A stretch of DNA of 19,129 nucleotides, from UHGV virus genome UHGV-0124847; one strand, given 5' to 3'. Position 1 is the stretch's first letter, and every line of letters starts with the position of its first letter. A program made the translations under genes and the position numbers. Shown here piece by piece: positions 15,628 through 19,129 of this stretch. The notes under the pieces are model-generated. The model saw nothing but the letters and a program-made list of their open reading frames with translations, did no database searches and was not told the DNA's origin. This stretch comes from a virus.

Positions 15628-15796
15628 CCCATCCCAATCCCTTCAATACCAGAAAGAAAGCGTCGAGCGGGCTTTAACGTGCGCTAACTGCGGTCAGAAG
15701 CTGCATGTGCTGGAAGTTCACATGTGTGAGCACTGCTGCGCAGAACTGATGAGCGATCCGAATAGCTCAATGCACGAGGAAGAAGACGATGAATGA
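15620..15796 (+). CDS. ninF: NinF-like small Cys-rich protein
   Basis: Hand-translated 58-aa ORF ([58 protein letters not shown]) with two CxxC motifs and an acidic tail; resembles lambda NinF as I recall it. Confidence 0.6.
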   Translation: MLSPSQSLQYQKESVERALTCANCGQKLHVLEVHMCEHCCAELMSDPNSSMHEEEDDE

Positions 15797-16511
15797 GTTA
15801 ATAAATGGCAATGCCATCAAAATGACAAGCATTGAAATCGCTGAGTTGGTTGGTAAGCGTCATGACAATGTGAAACGTACCATCGAAACGCTGGCTAAAA
15901 ATGGTGTTATCCGGCTTCCTCAAATTGAGGTTTCCGAAAGAATCAATAACTTAGGGTTCAATGTTCAGTACGAGCATTACGTTTTCGAAGGCGAACAAGG
16001 TAAGCGAGACAGTATTGTCGTTGTTGCCCAGTTGTCGCCGGAATTCACCGCTCGCCTTGTTGACCGCTGGCGAGAGCTTGAAGAAGCTGCGGTTAATATC
16101 CCCAAAACGCTACCAGAAGCGTTGCGCCTTGCTGCTGATCTTGCTGAGCAGAAAATGCAACTGGAAAACCAGCTCGCAATTGCCGCACCTAAAGTTGAGT
16201 TTGCCGATCGCGTTGGCGAGGCCAGCGGAATTTTGATTGGAAACTTTGCAAAGGTTGTCGGTATTGGTCCAAACAAACTGTTTGCGTGGATGCGCGATCA
16301 CAAAATCCTTATTGCTTCAGGTTCCCGGCGCAATGTGCCAATGCAGGAATATATGGATCGCGGCTATTTCACAGTGAAAGAAACAGCGGTCAACACAAAT
16401 CACGGAATACAGATATCGTTCACCACAAAAATCACCGGGCGTGGTCAACAGTGGCTGACCAGAAAGCTGCTCGATAACGGAATGCTGAAAGTAACAGGTG
16501 AGGCTGCTTAA
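15789..16511 (+). CDS. Phage antirepressor-like regulator (Rha-type N-terminal domain plus KilA-C/ANT-like C-terminal domain)
   Basis: 240-aa ORF. N-terminus (IKMTSIEIAELVGKRHDNVKRTIETL) fits Rha/ORF6N-type phage regulatory domains; the C-terminal half resembles KilA-C antirepressor domains. Inserted between ninF and the ybcO-like gene. Confidence 0.7.
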   Translation: MNELINGNAIKMTSIEIAELVGKRHDNVKRTIETLAKNGVIRLPQIEVSERINNLGFNVQYEHYVFEGEQGKRDSIVVVAQLSPEFTARLVDRWRELEEAAVNIPKTLPEALRLAADLAEQKMQLENQLAIAAPKVEFADRVGEASGILIGNFAKVVGIGPNKLFAWMRDHKILIASGSRRNVPMQEYMDRGYFTVKETAVNTNHGIQISFTTKITGRGQQWLTRKLLDNGMLKVTGEAA

Positions 16512-16801
16512 TGGCTAATCTACGCAAAGAAGCACGCGGCAGAGAATGCCAGGTACGTATTTACGGCGTATGCAATGGCAACCCTGAAACTACAGTTCTG
16601 GCACATTATCGGATGGCTGGAATTTGCGGAACGGGAATGAAGCCTGACGACCTGATCGGCGCATGGGCTTGTAGCGCGTGTCACGATGAAATCGACCGAC
16701 GCACCCATAATCTCGACAACAAAGACGCCAGACTTTACCACCTCGAAGGCGTGATCAGGACGCAGGCGATACTGCTGAAGGAGGGGAAGATTAAGTCATG
16801 A
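16511..16801 (+). CDS. YbcO-like (DUF1364) putative zinc-binding nuclease
   Basis: 96-aa ORF with Cys/His clusters (CQVRIYGVCNG, CSACHDEID), immediately upstream of rusA as in the DLP12 prophage arrangement. Confidence 0.7.
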   Translation: MANLRKEARGRECQVRIYGVCNGNPETTVLAHYRMAGICGTGMKPDDLIGAWACSACHDEIDRRTHNLDNKDARLYHLEGVIRTQAILLKEGKIKS

Positions 16802-17160
16802 ACGAATATCAGTTTGTGCTTCCATACCCGCCGTCGGTGAACACCTACTGGCGAAGACGGGGAAGCCAATACTACATCAGCGATAAAGGCCAGAAATACC
16901 GAAAAGACGTTCAGCAAATCATCCGCCAACTCAAGTTAGACATTTTCACCAAATCACGACTCCGCATCAAAGTCATCGCAGACGTTCCAGACTCCCGCCG
17001 CCGCGACCTCGACAACATCCTGAAAGGTTTACTCGATTCCCTTATCCACGCCGGATTTGCGGAAGACGACGAGCAATTCGATGACATTCGCGTAATTCGT
17101 GGTGTGAAAGTACCAGGCGGACGGCTTGGAATAAAAATCACCGAACTGGAGAACGCATGA
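16798..17160 (+). CDS. rusA: RusA Holliday-junction resolvase
   Basis: 120-aa ORF with the conserved RusA core (DVPDSRRRDLDNILKGLLDSLIHAGF...DD). Confidence 0.9.
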   Translation: MNEYQFVLPYPPSVNTYWRRRGSQYYISDKGQKYRKDVQQIIRQLKLDIFTKSRLRIKVIADVPDSRRRDLDNILKGLLDSLIHAGFAEDDEQFDDIRVIRGVKVPGGRLGIKITELENA

Positions 17161-17345
17161 ACGCCACAATTCAAACGATACCAGAGCTTCTTATCCAGAC
17201 ACGAGGCAATCAGACCGAAGTGGCAAGGATGCTTTCCTGCGCAAGAGGAACAGTGCTCAAGTACAACCGAGACAGCAAAGGCGAGCGTCACGCAATAGTT
17301 AACGGCGTCCTGATGGTCAAACAGGGCAAGAGGGGAAGACGATGA
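17157..17345 (+). CDS. ninH: NinH-like small HTH protein
   Basis: 62-aa ORF whose YGNQTEVARxLxCxRGTVxKY...HAIVNxVLMV region parallels lambda NinH. Confidence 0.75.
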   Translation: MNATIQTIPELLIQTRGNQTEVARMLSCARGTVLKYNRDSKGERHAIVNGVLMVKQGKRGRR

Positions 17346-17965
17346 GACTCGAAAGCGTAGCTAAATTTCATTCGCCAAAAAGCCCAATGATGAGCGACTC
17401 ACCACGGGCTACGGCTTCTGACTCTCTTTCCGGTACTGATGTGATGGCTGCTATGGGGATGGCGCAATCACAAGCCGGATTCGGTATGGCTGCATTCTGT
17501 GGTAAGCACGAACTCAGCCAGAACGACAAACAAAAGGCTATCAACTATCTGAAGCAATTTGCACACAAGGTATCGGGGAAATACCGTGGTGTGGCAAAGC
17601 TCGAAGGAAATACTAAGGCAAAGGTACTGCAAGTGCTCGCAACATTCGCTTATGCGGATTATTGCCGTAGTGCCGCTACGCCGGGCGCAAGATGCAGAGA
17701 TTGCCACGGTACAGGCCGTGCGGTTGATATAGCCAAAACAGAGCAGTGGGGGAGAGTTGTCGAGAAAGAGTGCGGAAGATGCAAAGGCGTCGGCTATTCA
17801 AGGATGCCAGCAAGCGCAGCATATCGCGCTGTGACGATGCTAATCCCAAACCTTACTCAACCCACCTGGTCACGCACTGTTAAGCCGCTGTATGACGCTC
17901 TGGTGGTGCAATGCCACAAAGAAGAGTCAATCGCAGACAGCATTTTGAATACGGTCACACGTTAG
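17342..17965 (+). CDS. Q: Q late-gene antiterminator (lambda type)
   Basis: 207-aa ORF essentially colinear with lambda Q as I recall it (MRLESVAKFHSPKSPMMSDSPRATASDSLSGTDV...), including the Cys-rich zinc region (CRDCHGTGR...CGRCKGVGY). Confidence 0.9.
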   Translation: MRLESVAKFHSPKSPMMSDSPRATASDSLSGTDVMAAMGMAQSQAGFGMAAFCGKHELSQNDKQKAINYLKQFAHKVSGKYRGVAKLEGNTKAKVLQVLATFAYADYCRSAATPGARCRDCHGTGRAVDIAKTEQWGRVVEKECGRCKGVGYSRMPASAAYRAVTMLIPNLTQPTWSRTVKPLYDALVVQCHKEESIADSILNTVTR

Positions 17966-18007
17966 CAGCATGATTGCCACGGATGGCAACATATTAACGG
18001 CATGATA

Positions 18008-18036
18008 TTGACTTATTGAATAAAGTTGGGTAAATT
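18008..18036 (+). promoter_or_regulatory. pR' late promoter with the overlapping Q-binding (qut) region
   Basis: -35 TTGACT (18008..18013), 17-bp spacer, -10 TAAATT (18031..18036). Promoter region matches lambda pR' as I recall it. Confidence 0.7.
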
Positions 18037-18071
18037 TGACTCAACGATGGATAAATGCACTCGTTAAATAA

Positions 18072-18107
18072 AGCCCTGAGTTAATAGCTCGGGGCTTTTT
18101 GCGTTTT
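18072..18107 (+). terminator. Intrinsic terminator close to pR' (tR'-like)
   Basis: AGCCCTGAG-ttaatag-CTCGGGGCT (9-bp stem, one G.U) followed by TTTTTGCGTTTT, about 30-60 nt after the predicted pR' start. Confidence 0.65.
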
Positions 18108-18400
18108 AAGCACGGCCTTTCTGAAAGCACATCAAACCAAATACCAGACAGACAAAAATAATCACCTTATCCGCTGTGGCTACGGTGCGGTGTGCTTTGC
18201 ATAAAAGAAAACCAGCGCAATGGCTGGCTTCGTGAAAGCGGGTGGCAGGAGGTTGCACTAACAACCTCATGCCGTTTTGCCCGTGCATATCGGTCACGAA
18301 CAAATCTGATTACTAAACACAGTAGCCTGGATTTGTTCTATCAGTAATCGACCTTATTCCTAATTAAATAGAGCAAATCCCCTCAATGAAGGGGTAGAGC

Positions 18401-18604
18401 ATGTACCGTATGGACAAAATCAGAGAATGGTTCAGTTACAGCTTCGGAGGACTGACTGCGATGGGTGGCATTCTCTCCCTGAATGACTGGGCTGTCATCA
18501 TTGGTATTCTTTGTACTGTCGGCACATTTGGCATCAACTGGTACTACAAGCGCAAAGAGCGCGAGGACAGATTGAATGGCAATGTCACCGGCACTACGAA
18601 ATAG
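18401..18604 (+). CDS. S: Class II holin (pinholin-like) with dual-start motif
   Basis: 67-aa ORF with two hydrophobic segments and a charged C-terminus. Starts M-Y-R-M (Met1 and Met4 separated by a basic residue), the classic holin/antiholin dual-start arrangement. Followed by a SAR endolysin. Confidence 0.75.
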   Translation: MYRMDKIREWFSYSFGGLTAMGGILSLNDWAVIIGILCTVGTFGINWYYKRKEREDRLNGNVTGTTK

Positions 18605-19079
18605 CGTAATAGCGGCGATAAGTGGCGGGGCTATTGCTATAGCATCTGTGTTAATCACTGGGCCAAGTGGTAACGATGGTCTGGAAGGTGTCAGCTACAT
18701 ACCATACAAAGATATTGTTGGTGTATGGACTGTATGTCACGGACATACCGGAAAAGACATCGTGCTCGGTAAAACGTATACCGAAGAAGAATGCAAAGCC
18801 CTCCTGAATAAAGACCTTGCCACGGTCGCCAGACAAATTAACCCGTACATCAAAGTCGATATACCGGAAACAACGCGCGGCGCTCTTTATTCGTTCGTCT
18901 ATAACGTGGGCGCAGGCAATTTCAGAACATCGACGCTTCTTCGCAAAATAAACCAGGGCGATATCAAAGGCGCATGTGATCAGCTACGGCGCTGGACATA
19001 CGCTGGCGGTAAGCAATGGAAAGGGCTGATGACTCGCCGTGAGATTGAGCGTGAAGTCTGTTTGTGGGGTCAGCAATGA
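18576..19079 (+). CDS. R: SAR endolysin (T4-lysozyme-like muramidase with N-terminal signal-anchor-release domain)
   Basis: 167-aa ORF. Weakly hydrophobic Gly/Ala-rich N-terminal segment ([23 protein letters not shown]) then the lysozyme catalytic region ([25 protein letters not shown], Glu-Asp-Thr pattern). Confidence 0.85.
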   Translation: MAMSPALRNSVIAAISGGAIAIASVLITGPSGNDGLEGVSYIPYKDIVGVWTVCHGHTGKDIVLGKTYTEEECKALLNKDLATVARQINPYIKVDIPETTRGALYSFVYNVGAGNFRTSTLLRKINQGDIKGACDQLRRWTYAGGKQWKGLMTRREIEREVCLWGQQ

Positions 19080-19129
19080 ACAGAGTAACCGCGATTATCT
19101 CCGCTTTGGTTATCTGCATCATCGTCTGC
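19076..19129 (+). CDS. Rz: Rz i-spanin, 5' end only (truncated by window edge)
   Basis: ATG overlaps the endolysin stop (ATGA). The 18 codons [18 protein letters not shown] match the lambda Rz N-terminal signal-anchor. Confidence 0.7.
   Translation, partial: MNRVTAIISALVICIIVC

Noticed and set aside
18106-18303. Minus-strand 65-aa ORF in the pR'-to-holin interval
   Set aside because: It lies in the noncoding late leader, antisense to late transcription. No moron or toxin ORF of plausible size is present between Q and the holin.
1-19129. tRNA, CRISPR array, IS element or toxin cargo
   Set aside because: I looked for cloverleaf-sized structured segments at the integrase end, regularly spaced direct repeats with unique spacers, and terminal inverted repeats flanking a transposase. 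None was found; the only repeat arrays are operators, iterons and the in-gene codon repeat.

Overview
This window is the early and lysis portion of a mosaic lambdoid (lambda-like) prophage of an enterobacterium, read from the integrase end. All protein assignments come from reading the translated ORFs against remembered family signatures, with no database search. Left to right: a P4-type tyrosine integrase (+) convergent with an AlpA/Xis-like gene (-); a minus-strand early-left operon (pL, nutL, N, three small unknown genes, an E/A/K/R-rich coiled-coil protein, cIII, Kil-like, Erf, an SSB-like protein, an ea/DUF551 accessory block); an immunity region (cI with a co-transcribed unknown membrane protein, OL/OR operators of non-lambda specificity, cro, nutR, cII); replication genes (O-like initiator with an internal iteron origin, DnaB-type helicase); a nin region close to lambda (ninB, ninC, ninE, ninF, rusA, ninH) with an inserted Rha/KilAC antirepressor; lambda-type Q and pR'; and a phage-21-style lysis cassette (dual-start pinholin, SAR endolysin, start of Rz). 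No tRNA, CRISPR array or IS element was seen. The best candidates for something undescribed are the membrane protein in the rexAB position and the small-gene cluster just downstream of N.
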